In this document: one piece after another, positions 21,510-30,887 of the stretch
Layout: every line of letters begins with the position of its first letter
How positions within the stretch are numbered: position 1 is the first letter of the stretch
NCBI GenBank assembly: GCA_963664325.2
Contig: CAXXDQ010000003.1
Span: 768,001-832,000 of the forward strand
Origin: Desulfomonilia bacterium
GTDB taxonomy: Bacteria; Desulfobacterota; Desulfomonilia; UBA1062
Direction of reading: 5' to 3'
Length of the DNA stretch: 64,000 bases
Notes under the pieces: generated by a model
What the model was told of the DNA's origin: nothing
Seen by the model: the letters and a program-made list of their open reading frames with translations, nothing else
The model's database searches: none
Position numbers and translations under genes: made by a program

Positions 21510-22862
21510 TTATCCCCGTTGCCTGCAGGCAAAAACCGGGAACAGGACCATCAATATCAAGACACTCAAAAGAATGCCAGATGCCGCCTGATTGTTCGAT
21601 GATGTTTCTATGAAGCAACCCTTTTTGCTTCCGTCTTCACCTGAAGCCTCTTCGCCATCAGAACTCGCTGCTGCAGGAGGAACCCATGCAGAGTTGTCAA
21701 CTATGCCATGATTCTTGATGCCCATAAGAGCATTGTAGGCGTTGACACAGCCGCCGCTCATATTGAGTTCATCAGAATAAGACGCACTTATTATAGAACC
21801 TTCGATTATTCTCGATCTGACTTCGGAATAGCTGATAGAGGGATTTTCAGAAAACACCATTGCCGCAATACCTGCAACGAACGGTGAAGCGAAGGAAGTA
21901 CCGGATGCATATGAAGTTATGTTATTATCAAGGTCAGTTGTTGTCAGGCTGCTTCCCGGTGCGGCAACATGGACGCTGTAGTAGCCGTAATTGGAAAAGC
22001 TTGCCAGCTCGCCGTAGCGATTCATTGCTGCAACCGATATTATGTTGTCGATTTTGTAGTTTGAAGGATAGTGTGCAACGTTGTCGTTATTTTCCGAATT
22101 ATTTCCGGCAGAACAGACGACAAGCACTCCTCTGCTCCTTGCATAATTTATGGCGTCTTCAAGTGAACGTGAATACGTATCGAAACCCCAGCTTGCATTT
22201 ATAATCTGGACGCCGTTATTGGCTGCATAATTGATTGCCTCTATAGCATCTGAAGTATAACCCGTAGTATTGGTACCATCTTTTCTCATAAACTTGAGCG
22301 GCATGATTTCTATATTGCTGTTCCATGCAACACCGCAGGCTTTGATACTGTCTTTACCTTTGGCTCCTATTATACCTGTGACCCTTGTGCCGTGGCCCGC
22401 ATCGTCTTCAGGCACGCTAGTATCATTAACGAAGTCATATCCGGCTATCAGGATATCCTTGAGTTCGCCGTGATCCAGATCCACACCCGAATCTATGACC
22501 GCTATCCTTACTTTTGCATTGGCAGGATTTGAGGAAATAAAATTCCATGCATCCGGCAGATCGACATCACTCCATTCGGAAGCTTTGTACGGCCAGTCTG
22601 TAGGGACTTCATCAGCCTTGATAATATAATTGGGTTCGGCATATTCAACGTCATCCCTGGCATTAAGCTCTGCTATCGCCTTCTGGGTGTCATCTACTGC
22701 AACGGCATAGGCTCTTGCCGGTGCCGATTCGGCGCTCATGAATGCTGAGGCAGGTTTAAATTTGACTATCACTTCTCCTTGTTTATAGTCGGCTGAAAAA
22801 ACAGGAGTACCAAGAATTGCCACCAGAATGAGTGAAACAAAAAATGTCTTAGGTCCTTTCAT
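21510..22862 (-). CDS. Secreted S8 (subtilisin-family) serine protease with C-terminal GCFI-TM-basic sorting signal
   Basis: Signal peptide; prodomain ending VEYAEPNY; triad motifs VIDSG, GHGT, GTSFA; oxyanion SAGN. Confidence 0.9.
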   Translation of the reverse strand: MKGPKTFFVSLILVAILGTPVFSADYKQGEVIVKFKPASAFMSAESAPARAYAVAVDDTQKAIAELNARDDVEYAEPNYIIKADEVPTDWPYKASEWSDVDLPDAWNFISSNPANAKVRIAVIDSGVDLDHGELKDILIAGYDFVNDTSVPEDDAGHGTRVTGIIGAKGKDSIKACGVAWNSNIEIMPLKFMRKDGTNTTGYTSDAIEAINYAANNGVQIINASWGFDTYSRSLEDAINYARSRGVLVVCSAGNNSENNDNVAHYPSNYKIDNIISVAAMNRYGELASFSNYGYYSVHVAAPGSSLTTTDLDNNITSYASGTSFASPFVAGIAAMVFSENPSISYSEVRSRIIEGSIISASYSDELNMSGGCVNAYNALMGIKNHGIVDNSAWVPPAAASSDGEEASGEDGSKKGCFIETSSNNQAASGILLSVLILMVLFPVFACRQRG

Positions 22863-23155
22863 GTTGCCCCCCTTTTTTGTGTTCTGAATAGGGAAGGGCA
22901 ATCCGGATGCCATATGTGCCAGAGTTTAATGCACTATAAAAAATATCATGAAAACAATAAGATATAAAATTTCTGTGATTGATGGAGACCTGGAGTACAA
23001 TTACAACGATCACGTGATTGTAATTGGAATTACGATTTGTAATCTTCAAATCGTAATGTGTAATCTGAGAGCACGAAAAATGACTAATTTTATATGTTGA
23101 TAAAAATCTAGCCGATGGACATAACCGGATTTCACGGATATAATTCGAAATCTGT

Positions 23156-24211
23156 ATGCTAGTCCAAAGATATATAACCAATAATATTATTAAAACCTTC
23201 TTTGGGGCTCTCGTTGTACTGTTCTGTGTGATGCTTATCGTTCAATGGGTGCAGATGGGCCGATTTCTTTCCCTTGAAGATGCCGACCTGATGCTTCTTG
23301 CATTTGTCCCTGTCGGGAGGTTTGTTGTCCCGATGGCATTTCTTTTCAGTATCCTGATAATGCTTGAAAGACTTTCCTCTGATTCCGAGATAGTTGCTAT
23401 GAAGGCCTGCGGCGTCAAGAGCCGCACGATTAATATGCCGATCATATGGTTTTCCGTCCTCTGTATGTTTATCAATCTTATTCTGTCTACATGGCTGGGA
23501 CCTCTTTCTATGGAGACAATCCAGAAAAGGCTGATGGAAGAAGCCCCTAAAAAAATATATTCTTTTATCAAAGAAAGGGATTTTGACGATTCATTCAGGG
23601 GCATAACCTTTTATGTGGGATCGGTTGACCAGAAGAAGAAAAGACTCAACCAGATTTATATTGAGAGCAAAGGCAGCACGCCTTATGTGGTAACAGCAGA
23701 AAAGGGTGAAGTCGGCATGGGGACTTCACAGGTTGTACTTAAGCTCTATAATGGCAGCATGTTCATGCAGAAAGACAAGGTCATGAGATATATAACCTTT
23801 GACGAATATGATTTTGTGTTGAATTTCAATCTGACAAGGGAATTGGGAATTAAAACCTGGGAAACGGCCTCACAGCCCAAACTCAAAGAACTCATTACGA
23901 AAGACCCGGATCCCAAATGGATCAAGGAATATTACAACAGATATTCATTTCCGGTTCTCAGCCTTATACTCGGATTTGTCGGTATAACCTTCGGTTACAG
24001 AAAACCGAGGGCCTCAAAATATGGTGGCTTTATTATCGGCATATCAGCAGTCATCGGATATTATTTTGTTTTCATTATGACAGACAGACTTGTTAAGGCG
24101 GACAGGATTGAACCTGTACTGGGTGCATGGATACCCAATATAGTGTTTTGTGCAATAATTTTTGTTGTCTGGATAATCAGGTCATTATACCAGAAAAGGC
24201 CCATGAGATGA
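23156..24211 (+). CDS. lptF: LPS export ABC transporter permease LptF
   Basis: RLSSDSEIVAMKACG; 3+3 TM layout around a periplasmic domain; GAWIPN. Confidence 0.85.
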   Translation: MLVQRYITNNIIKTFFGALVVLFCVMLIVQWVQMGRFLSLEDADLMLLAFVPVGRFVVPMAFLFSILIMLERLSSDSEIVAMKACGVKSRTINMPIIWFSVLCMFINLILSTWLGPLSMETIQKRLMEEAPKKIYSFIKERDFDDSFRGITFYVGSVDQKKKRLNQIYIESKGSTPYVVTAEKGEVGMGTSQVVLKLYNGSMFMQKDKVMRYITFDEYDFVLNFNLTRELGIKTWETASQPKLKELITKDPDPKWIKEYYNRYSFPVLSLILGFVGITFGYRKPRASKYGGFIIGISAVIGYYFVFIMTDRLVKADRIEPVLGAWIPNIVFCAIIFVVWIIRSLYQKRPMR

Positions 24212-25284
24212 CACTCTACAAGTATATATTCAAAAAGGCGTTTATCATGTGGATAGGCGCCCTTGTCAGCCTGGCCGGGATGATATTTATGGCCAATTTT
24301 ATCGGGAACATGTCCATGTTTTCAAGAAACAACGCGGAGGGGGCTCTTGTTTTTACCTTTATGATTTTAAGCCTTCCTGAAATGGTGTATCTGGTTTTGC
24401 CCTTTTCGCTTTGCCTCGGAATTCTTTCATCGCAGGCACTTTTTTCAAGACATGTCGAGACGATTGCAATGCAGTCGTGTTCGGTCCCGACATGGAGGAT
24501 TTATCTGCCTTATATCAGCATGGGGGTGCTCGCGGTCGGTTTTATGTCGGTTCTGTCATTCTATTTATATCCTATTGCTCAGAGGGAAGCCGATAAAATC
24601 GAAAAATTCAAGATTGCAAATGAAGGGATAAAAGGCTCATTCGACGTTCATGGAAGCCGTTTCAGGGATAGTGATAATATATACTATGTTGAGCTTCTGG
24701 ATATTGACGGCGAAGCTATGGAAAGGATTTCCTGTTACAGGCTCAATGGGGGCAGACTAACGGAGATTCTGAAAGCTGATAAGGCGAAATGGGATGGAAA
24801 GGCATGGGTTGCAACTGGTGTCAGCAGGATTGGTTTTACGGAGAAAGGAATATCAGTTGTAAAGGGAGATAATGCTCTACCTTTAAAGAGCAATCCTCAG
24901 GAGCTTTTTATGGCCAGACCTAAACCTGAAGTCCTGACGATACCGGAACTCCGGCATTATATAGCACAGATCAGAAAAGACGGACTGAGGTCCAAGAGTG
25001 TTGAAACATATTTTCACAACAGGATAAGTTTCGTAATCGCACCCCTTGTCATGACTATTCTTGTTCTTCCATTTGGTATGAGGTTCCCGAGAACCGGTGG
25101 AATAGCAAGAGGAATTGCCCTTGGTCTTGTTTTCGCCCTTTCCTACTGGGCATTCCATTCCGGTATGGTGTCTCTGGGAATGTCCGGTTATATAAACCCG
25201 ATTGCGGCAAGCTGGGCTGCGAATGTTGCAGCTCTTGCCATAGGGGGAATATTCATTACCATGAAAAAAGGCGCTTACGGGTGA
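24208..25284 (+). CDS. lptG: LPS export ABC transporter permease LptG
   Basis: Paralog of the upstream gene with ATGA overlap; SRHVETIAMQ, NPIAASWAAN. Confidence 0.83.
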   Translation: MTLYKYIFKKAFIMWIGALVSLAGMIFMANFIGNMSMFSRNNAEGALVFTFMILSLPEMVYLVLPFSLCLGILSSQALFSRHVETIAMQSCSVPTWRIYLPYISMGVLAVGFMSVLSFYLYPIAQREADKIEKFKIANEGIKGSFDVHGSRFRDSDNIYYVELLDIDGEAMERISCYRLNGGRLTEILKADKAKWDGKAWVATGVSRIGFTEKGISVVKGDNALPLKSNPQELFMARPKPEVLTIPELRHYIAQIRKDGLRSKSVETYFHNRISFVIAPLVMTILVLPFGMRFPRTGGIARGIALGLVFALSYWAFHSGMVSLGMSGYINPIAASWAANVAALAIGGIFITMKKGAYG

Positions 25285-25807
25285 CAGAAAATAATTTGTA
25301 TCACGGGTATATGCATTAAGCCTGACAGGGAGTCCATAATTGAACTCCCTGTTCCAGTGGCTTTAAATGTAATGTAAACTTTAACCCTGAAGAAAAGTTT
25401 GACAGCAACCCTGTTTGATCTAACACGGTAAATACAAACCAGCCATGTCCTGTGAAGTTTTGTACCTTATAAAAAAAATCACCCTGAGATAGTTCCTTTG
25501 ATGGTAAATGAAAAGAACTGAAACCATACCTGCCTGGTTCATGTCTCGCTTTGGGTAAGTATGCCGCAATCTGTTGGCGCATTCATCAAAGAAGTAAACG
25601 TATATGAAAAAAGCTGGCGCTCCATGCCGCGAAAAAAGTAAAGCTTATATGAATTTTAAACCTGATGAGGCAGATTGCCGTGATCGGGACAAAACTTATA
25701 GGTTATGCAATAAGGGCTTTAATGCTTATGAGCGCCTGTTTGTCTGCATTTGCAGAAAATGAAGTTCCGTTTCATGTGAGATATTCGTGACTGATCCGGT
25801 GTTGGTT

Positions 25808-26332
25808 TCATGATGCGGCATCGTTTAAACCGAGTGCTTTACAGAATGGCTTATACAGGCTGAATGAAGCCATAACGATATCGAGAATCTCCTCTTTTTT
25901 ATAAAGCTTTCCTTTGCCGATGCCCGGACAGGTTTTTAACACTTCAATCCATGCCTTCTCAGAACGGAGGTTGACAAACCAGAAGGGAAAAGTCCTGCAT
26001 TGCAGCGGCCTGACAGGATAGATTGAACAGCCGTTCTCGAAAAATATGCACCGGCCCGCATCGTCTTCCCTTATACTGAAGCCATCAACATAGGGATACA
26101 GGCATCGTTCAATAAACAGCTCCTTCTTTATTTCAAGAAAATCAGCAATAAGATTTATCTCATTTTCCAGAACAAAGATTATACCTGGTTCACCATTACA
26201 GCATTTTCCGCACAGGCTGCATTCAAACCTTATCCCATTATCAAAAAAATAATTTCTGTCCTTGTATCCCTTGAAGCTTTCCTTATTTTTCCGGCGCTGC
26301 AAAATCATCTCTCCTCGGGTGGAACACATCAA
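25808..26332 (-). CDS. YkgJ-family (CxxCxxCC) Zn/Fe-chelating protein; start uncertain
   Basis: FECSLCGKCC, CIFF...CSIYPVRPLQCRTFPFW, CPGIG. Confidence 0.82.
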   Translation of the reverse strand: MMCSTRGEMILQRRKNKESFKGYKDRNYFFDNGIRFECSLCGKCCNGEPGIIFVLENEINLIADFLEIKKELFIERCLYPYVDGFSIREDDAGRCIFFENGCSIYPVRPLQCRTFPFWFVNLRSEKAWIEVLKTCPGIGKGKLYKKEEILDIVMASFSLYKPFCKALGLNDAAS

Positions 26333-26615
26333 CGATATAGCAGTCTGTCAGGGGCAGGCCCGAATGTTTTATGTTGGGTGGAATGACAAGAGCCGAACCT
26401 TCCTCGAGCAATATCTTTTCACCATCGAGGTTCATCTCAAACTTCCCTTTGATTACCATGCTTATCTGTTCATGAGGGTGAAAATGTTCAGGCATGGGAG
26501 AGCCGGAAATAATGTTGCAGTATTGAACCGTCATGTTTGATGTATGTACATACTTTGCCAAGTATCCCTTGATGATTTCTTTTTCCGGTGTATCTTTGAG
26601 ATTATGGTATTTCAT
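26283..26615 (-). CDS. Cupin-domain protein
   Basis: PEHFHPHEQ, IPPNIKHS, DVFHPRRDD; GGAGG RBS. Confidence 0.85.
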   Translation of the reverse strand: MKYHNLKDTPEKEIIKGYLAKYVHTSNMTVQYCNIISGSPMPEHFHPHEQISMVIKGKFEMNLDGEKILLEEGSALVIPPNIKHSGLPLTDCYIVDVFHPRRDDFAAPEK

Positions 26616-26720
26616 GTTTAATTACCTCCATTCGTCTTTCTTACATGCAGGAAATGCATGGGTCAAGGATGTTGACATAATGGGAAAAAACCAATTGCAT
26701 TTTAGGGATAATTCCGATAG

Positions 26721-26924
<204 letters not shown>

Positions 26925-26960
26925 AGCATTTTAGTAAAAGATTATAAGTATTCTCGGATG

Positions 26961-26997
26961 ATAAGGCAGCAATCTTGAATAAAGAGTGTTGCCTTAT
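26961..26997. terminator. Hairpin between convergent ferredoxin and IHF genes
   Basis: ataaggcagca ... tgttgccttat inverted repeat. Confidence 0.4.
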
Positions 26998-27015
26998 TGC
27001 ATTTTTCCCTGAAGA

Positions 27016-27309
27016 TTACTTCTCTGGTTCAGTCAGTTTCGCACGCAGAACATTCGAAAGAGAAAATGTAACTACGCTTCTGGGTGTAATCGTTATCTCT
27101 TCTCCTGTTTGCGGGTTTCTTCCTCTCCTGGAATTTTTCTTTCGGACTTTCCATTTGCCGAACCCGGAAATACATACATCATCGCCTTTCTCAAGCTGGA
27201 GTTTGATAATGTCAAGCAGAGTCTCGATAGCTTCAGATGCTTCCTTTCTGGAAAGGCCCGTTGATAAAACAATCTCATCGATAATTACATTCTTTGTCAA
27301 TGTGCCCAT
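27016..27309 (-). CDS. ihfA: Integration host factor alpha / HU-family DNA-binding protein
   Basis: LTKN, ISGFGKW, RRGRNPQTGEEITITPRSVVTF. Confidence 0.85.
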   Translation of the reverse strand: MGTLTKNVIIDEIVLSTGLSRKEASEAIETLLDIIKLQLEKGDDVCISGFGKWKVRKKNSRRGRNPQTGEEITITPRSVVTFSLSNVLRAKLTEPEK

Positions 27310-27381
27310 TTACCTCTCCCCCAGAAAAAATTGATATTATCTTAGAATAATGAGAAATAGTTTTATGTCAATACCTTGGAT

Positions 27382-27711
27382 TTAATATGTTTTTTGTTTT
27401 CTGGAAACAATGATATCCCGTGCCATAATAATCCTTATTCCGCAGAGGCTTATGATCTGCGTTTCATTGTTGACTCCACAGGTAAAAGAGTAAATATGCA
27501 TTTTCCCGCAAAGGTCATCTTCATCTACAGGCTCAACAATGAATTTCCATCCCCTTTTCCTCAGATTGGGTATAACTTTTTTCAATTCCTGCCATGTAAA
27601 GCATTCTGCCCAATATGTTGTTTCCTGGTTTCCCGTATAAGCCGGCACGTCTTTAATGAGTTCGAATCTTCCGGAATGAGGTGTTATTTTATAAAGGTTA
27701 TACCTTCGCAT
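27382..27711 (-). CDS. Hypothetical protein
   Basis: 109-aa ORF with AAGGAG RBS, same strand as neighbours. Confidence 0.5.
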   Translation of the reverse strand: MRRYNLYKITPHSGRFELIKDVPAYTGNQETTYWAECFTWQELKKVIPNLRKRGWKFIVEPVDEDDLCGKMHIYSFTCGVNNETQIISLCGIRIIMARDIIVSRKQKTY

Positions 27712-27792
27712 AGATAGTATCTCCTTTTTTTTATATCGGATAATTGTTTATGAAACTTTATAATAATAGTCGCATTTTATAAGGTCATAATA

Positions 27793-29151
27793 TCAATTGG
27801 ATACTTTCTTGATAACAGAGATTGCTTCACTCAGGTGAGACAGGGAAATAATATCTATTCCCTTGGATTTTAATTGAGATTCAGCATTGGCTTTTGGAAT
27901 CAGTGCCTTTGAAAAACCAAGCCTTTTTGCTTCCTTAAGCCTTGCTTCAACCTGCCCGACCGGCCTGATCTCTCCGCTGAGTCCGATCTCACCCAAGCAA
28001 ATAAAACCCTGTGGAAGCGGTTTATCAAGTGAGCTTGAAGCTACCGCCATCACAACAGCAAGGTCTGCTGCGGGCTCAATTACTTTTATTCCTGATGTCA
28101 CGTTCACTACAACGTCCGAGCCTGATATGAACATGCCGCTCCTTTTTTCCAGAACAGCCAGCAGAACAGAAACTCTTGATGGATCTATGCCGATTGATAT
28201 CCGTTTTGGCATTGAAAAGGTGGTTTTGCTGACAAGCGACTGGATCTCCACCAGAAAAACCCTGCTGCCCTCAATAGCAGGCATAACTGAACTGCCGGGC
28301 AGTCTGCCGCCAAGACCCATGAAGATTCCCGAAGGGTTTGTTATACTCGTAAGACCTGATTCCTTCATTTCAAAAATGCCGATTTCACCGGAGGGGCCAA
28401 ACCTGTTTTTCACCGCCCTGAGGATCCTGTAAGCACCGGAAGGATCACCTTCAAAGTAAAGGACAGTGTCTACAAGATGTTCAAGCATTTTGGGTCCTGC
28501 TATCCAACCGTCCTTTGTTACGTGTCCTATTAAAAAAACAGGTACGCCGGTTGACTTTGCAATACCCATAAGCATTCCAGCACAATGTCTTATCTGAGCC
28601 ACACTTCCGGGTGCTGCCTCAATTTTTAATGAAAATACGGACTGTATGGAATCTATTACGATAATGTCAGGCGATACTGTTCTGATCTGTTCAATAATTT
28701 TTTCCATCATTATTTCCGGGTAGATCAAGAGAGACCTGCTTTTTACTCCCAGCCGTTCTCCCCGGATTTTTAACTGGACAGCGGATTCCTCTCCACTGAC
28801 ATAAAGCACTTTTTGCGAAGATGACAGATGGAATGCCATCTGCAGCATCAGTGTAGACTTGCCTATTCCGGGATCACCGCCAATGAGCACCAGTGAGCCG
28901 TCAACGATGCCGGAACCGAGAACCCTGTCGAGTTCCTGGATACCTGTTGATAAACGTGACAGAGAATGACCGACGATATCATCAAAAGCAAGAGGCAAGG
29001 TGTCTCTTGGTACGGCGGTATTGACTGCAGCTGATTCCACGGCAATCTCTTCAAGGGTATTCCACTCTGAACACTGGGTGCATCTGCCCAGCCATCTGTC
29101 AAATGTATTTCCACAGGCTGAGCACCTGAAGAACTGTTTGGCTTTTGGCAT
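27793..29151 (-). CDS. radA: DNA repair protein RadA/Sms
   Basis: C4 zinc finger, GDPGIGKST, KNRFG, Lon-like C-terminal domain. Confidence 0.96.
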   Translation of the reverse strand: MPKAKQFFRCSACGNTFDRWLGRCTQCSEWNTLEEIAVESAAVNTAVPRDTLPLAFDDIVGHSLSRLSTGIQELDRVLGSGIVDGSLVLIGGDPGIGKSTLMLQMAFHLSSSQKVLYVSGEESAVQLKIRGERLGVKSRSLLIYPEIMMEKIIEQIRTVSPDIIVIDSIQSVFSLKIEAAPGSVAQIRHCAGMLMGIAKSTGVPVFLIGHVTKDGWIAGPKMLEHLVDTVLYFEGDPSGAYRILRAVKNRFGPSGEIGIFEMKESGLTSITNPSGIFMGLGGRLPGSSVMPAIEGSRVFLVEIQSLVSKTTFSMPKRISIGIDPSRVSVLLAVLEKRSGMFISGSDVVVNVTSGIKVIEPAADLAVVMAVASSSLDKPLPQGFICLGEIGLSGEIRPVGQVEARLKEAKRLGFSKALIPKANAESQLKSKGIDIISLSHLSEAISVIKKVSN

Positions 29152-30851
29152 TACTGCTGCGTAACCCTCATGACTTCTTCAATTGTGGTGACACCGTCAC
29201 TTACCTTTCTTGCGCCGTCTTCCCTAAGCGTATGGAGGCCCTCTTCAATTGCCTGCCTTTTAATTAAATTCGAATCGGAAGTCTTCAGGACGGTTGTTTT
29301 CATAGAGTCACTCATTACAAGGATCTCATAAATACCGATCCTGCCTTTGTAACCTGTATTAAGGCATTCCATACAACCGGCGCCTCTGTATAAATGTCCA
29401 TCAGCCAGAAGTCTTTCCCTGACCAGGCCTATTTCATGCAGGCTTTCGTTTTCCGGATAATAAGGCTGACGGCAGTCAGTGCAGATTTTTCTGCAAAGCC
29501 TTTGAGCGACAATCGCATTAAGCGATGAAGTAACAAGGAAGGGTTCAATACCCATATCAATAAGGCGTGTGATTGCAGTAGCGGAATCGTTTGTATGCAG
29601 TGTTGAGAAAACGAGGTGACCTGTCAGGGCTGCCTGAATGGCAATTTCAGCAGTATCCAGGTCACGGATTTCCCCTACCAGAATTATGTCCGGGTCCTGA
29701 CGGACTATTGACCTGAGCCCGGATGCAAATGTAACACCCACTTTCGTGTTGACAGGAATCTGCCCTATACCCTTCAGCTGATATTCTATCGGGTCTTCTA
29801 TTGTCAGAATGTTCTTATCCGGGGAGTTGAGCTTGCTGAGCATTGAATATAAAGAAGTGGTTTTTCCTGAACCTGTAGGGCCGGTTACAAGGATAATTCC
29901 ATGCTCCTGTTTAAGCAGCATGTTTATTATATCCATGTCGTCCGGATAGAAACCCAGTTCTTCCAGGCCATAGAGCACTGAGGATTTGTCAAGGATTCTC
30001 ATAACAAGCCGTTCACCGTTTGCAGTAGGGACAGTCGAAACACGCAGGTCGACAGAATGGTCTCCAAGCTTGATTCCTATTCTTCCATCCTGTGGCAGGC
30101 GTTTTTCTGCAATATTTAAATTTGCCATAACCTTGATACGTGAAATAACTGCTGACTGAATACGTTTGGGAATGCCTAAAACATCGTGCAGGATTCCATC
30201 GACCCGGAACCTAATCCTGACCTCAGCCTGATAGGGTTCTACGTGAATATCAGAGGCCCTTTCACGGAAGGCCTGCATCATGAGCCTGTTAACAAGTTTG
30301 ATTATAGGTGCGTCGCTTTCCATGACGCTTATATCCTGGATGCTTTCTATATCCGTCAGGAGGTCTTCTTCCTCCTCCTCTTTGATGTCCTCAACAATGT
30401 CCTGGGCACTCTCATTTTTCATGTCATTGAGGCGGTTTATGGCCGAATGGATCTCCTGTTTTGTGGCCAGGATGCGCTTTATGTCCCTGGCTGACATTTC
30501 CTTGCCTATATCATAGAAAGGGTCCTGATCCATGGGATCATTAACGGCTACTATCAGGGTATCTCCCTGCCATTTGAAGGGCACCATGTTATAGCGCCTG
30601 AGAAAAGTTACCGGGAGTTTGTCAAGTATGGCTGGATCGACTTCAAGGTCGCCGAGCATATGCACAAATTCAATACCCCAGGCCTTGGAGATGGCTTTAA
30701 GGATCTCCACATCGTTAATGGCGCCTGAATCAACAAGGGCATCCTTTAAAGAGCCGCCCTTTTGTTTCTGGGCCAGCAGCGCCTTCTGAAGGGTCTCTTC
30801 AGTTGCAAGATTCTGTGAGATCACAACCTGCTCAAGGCTTGGTATTCTCAT
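29151..30851 (-). CDS. gspE: Type II secretion ATPase GspE
   Basis: ASDIHVEP, RLPQDGR, GPTGSGKTT, RQDPDIILVGEIRD, two CxxC pairs. Confidence 0.93.
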   Translation of the reverse strand: MRIPSLEQVVISQNLATEETLQKALLAQKQKGGSLKDALVDSGAINDVEILKAISKAWGIEFVHMLGDLEVDPAILDKLPVTFLRRYNMVPFKWQGDTLIVAVNDPMDQDPFYDIGKEMSARDIKRILATKQEIHSAINRLNDMKNESAQDIVEDIKEEEEEDLLTDIESIQDISVMESDAPIIKLVNRLMMQAFRERASDIHVEPYQAEVRIRFRVDGILHDVLGIPKRIQSAVISRIKVMANLNIAEKRLPQDGRIGIKLGDHSVDLRVSTVPTANGERLVMRILDKSSVLYGLEELGFYPDDMDIINMLLKQEHGIILVTGPTGSGKTTSLYSMLSKLNSPDKNILTIEDPIEYQLKGIGQIPVNTKVGVTFASGLRSIVRQDPDIILVGEIRDLDTAEIAIQAALTGHLVFSTLHTNDSATAITRLIDMGIEPFLVTSSLNAIVAQRLCRKICTDCRQPYYPENESLHEIGLVRERLLADGHLYRGAGCMECLNTGYKGRIGIYEILVMSDSMKTTVLKTSDSNLIKRQAIEEGLHTLREDGARKVSDGVTTIEEVMRVTQQ

Positions 30852-30887
30852 CAAATTTCACCCCTTGTCTTCATGCCGGTTTTTGTA

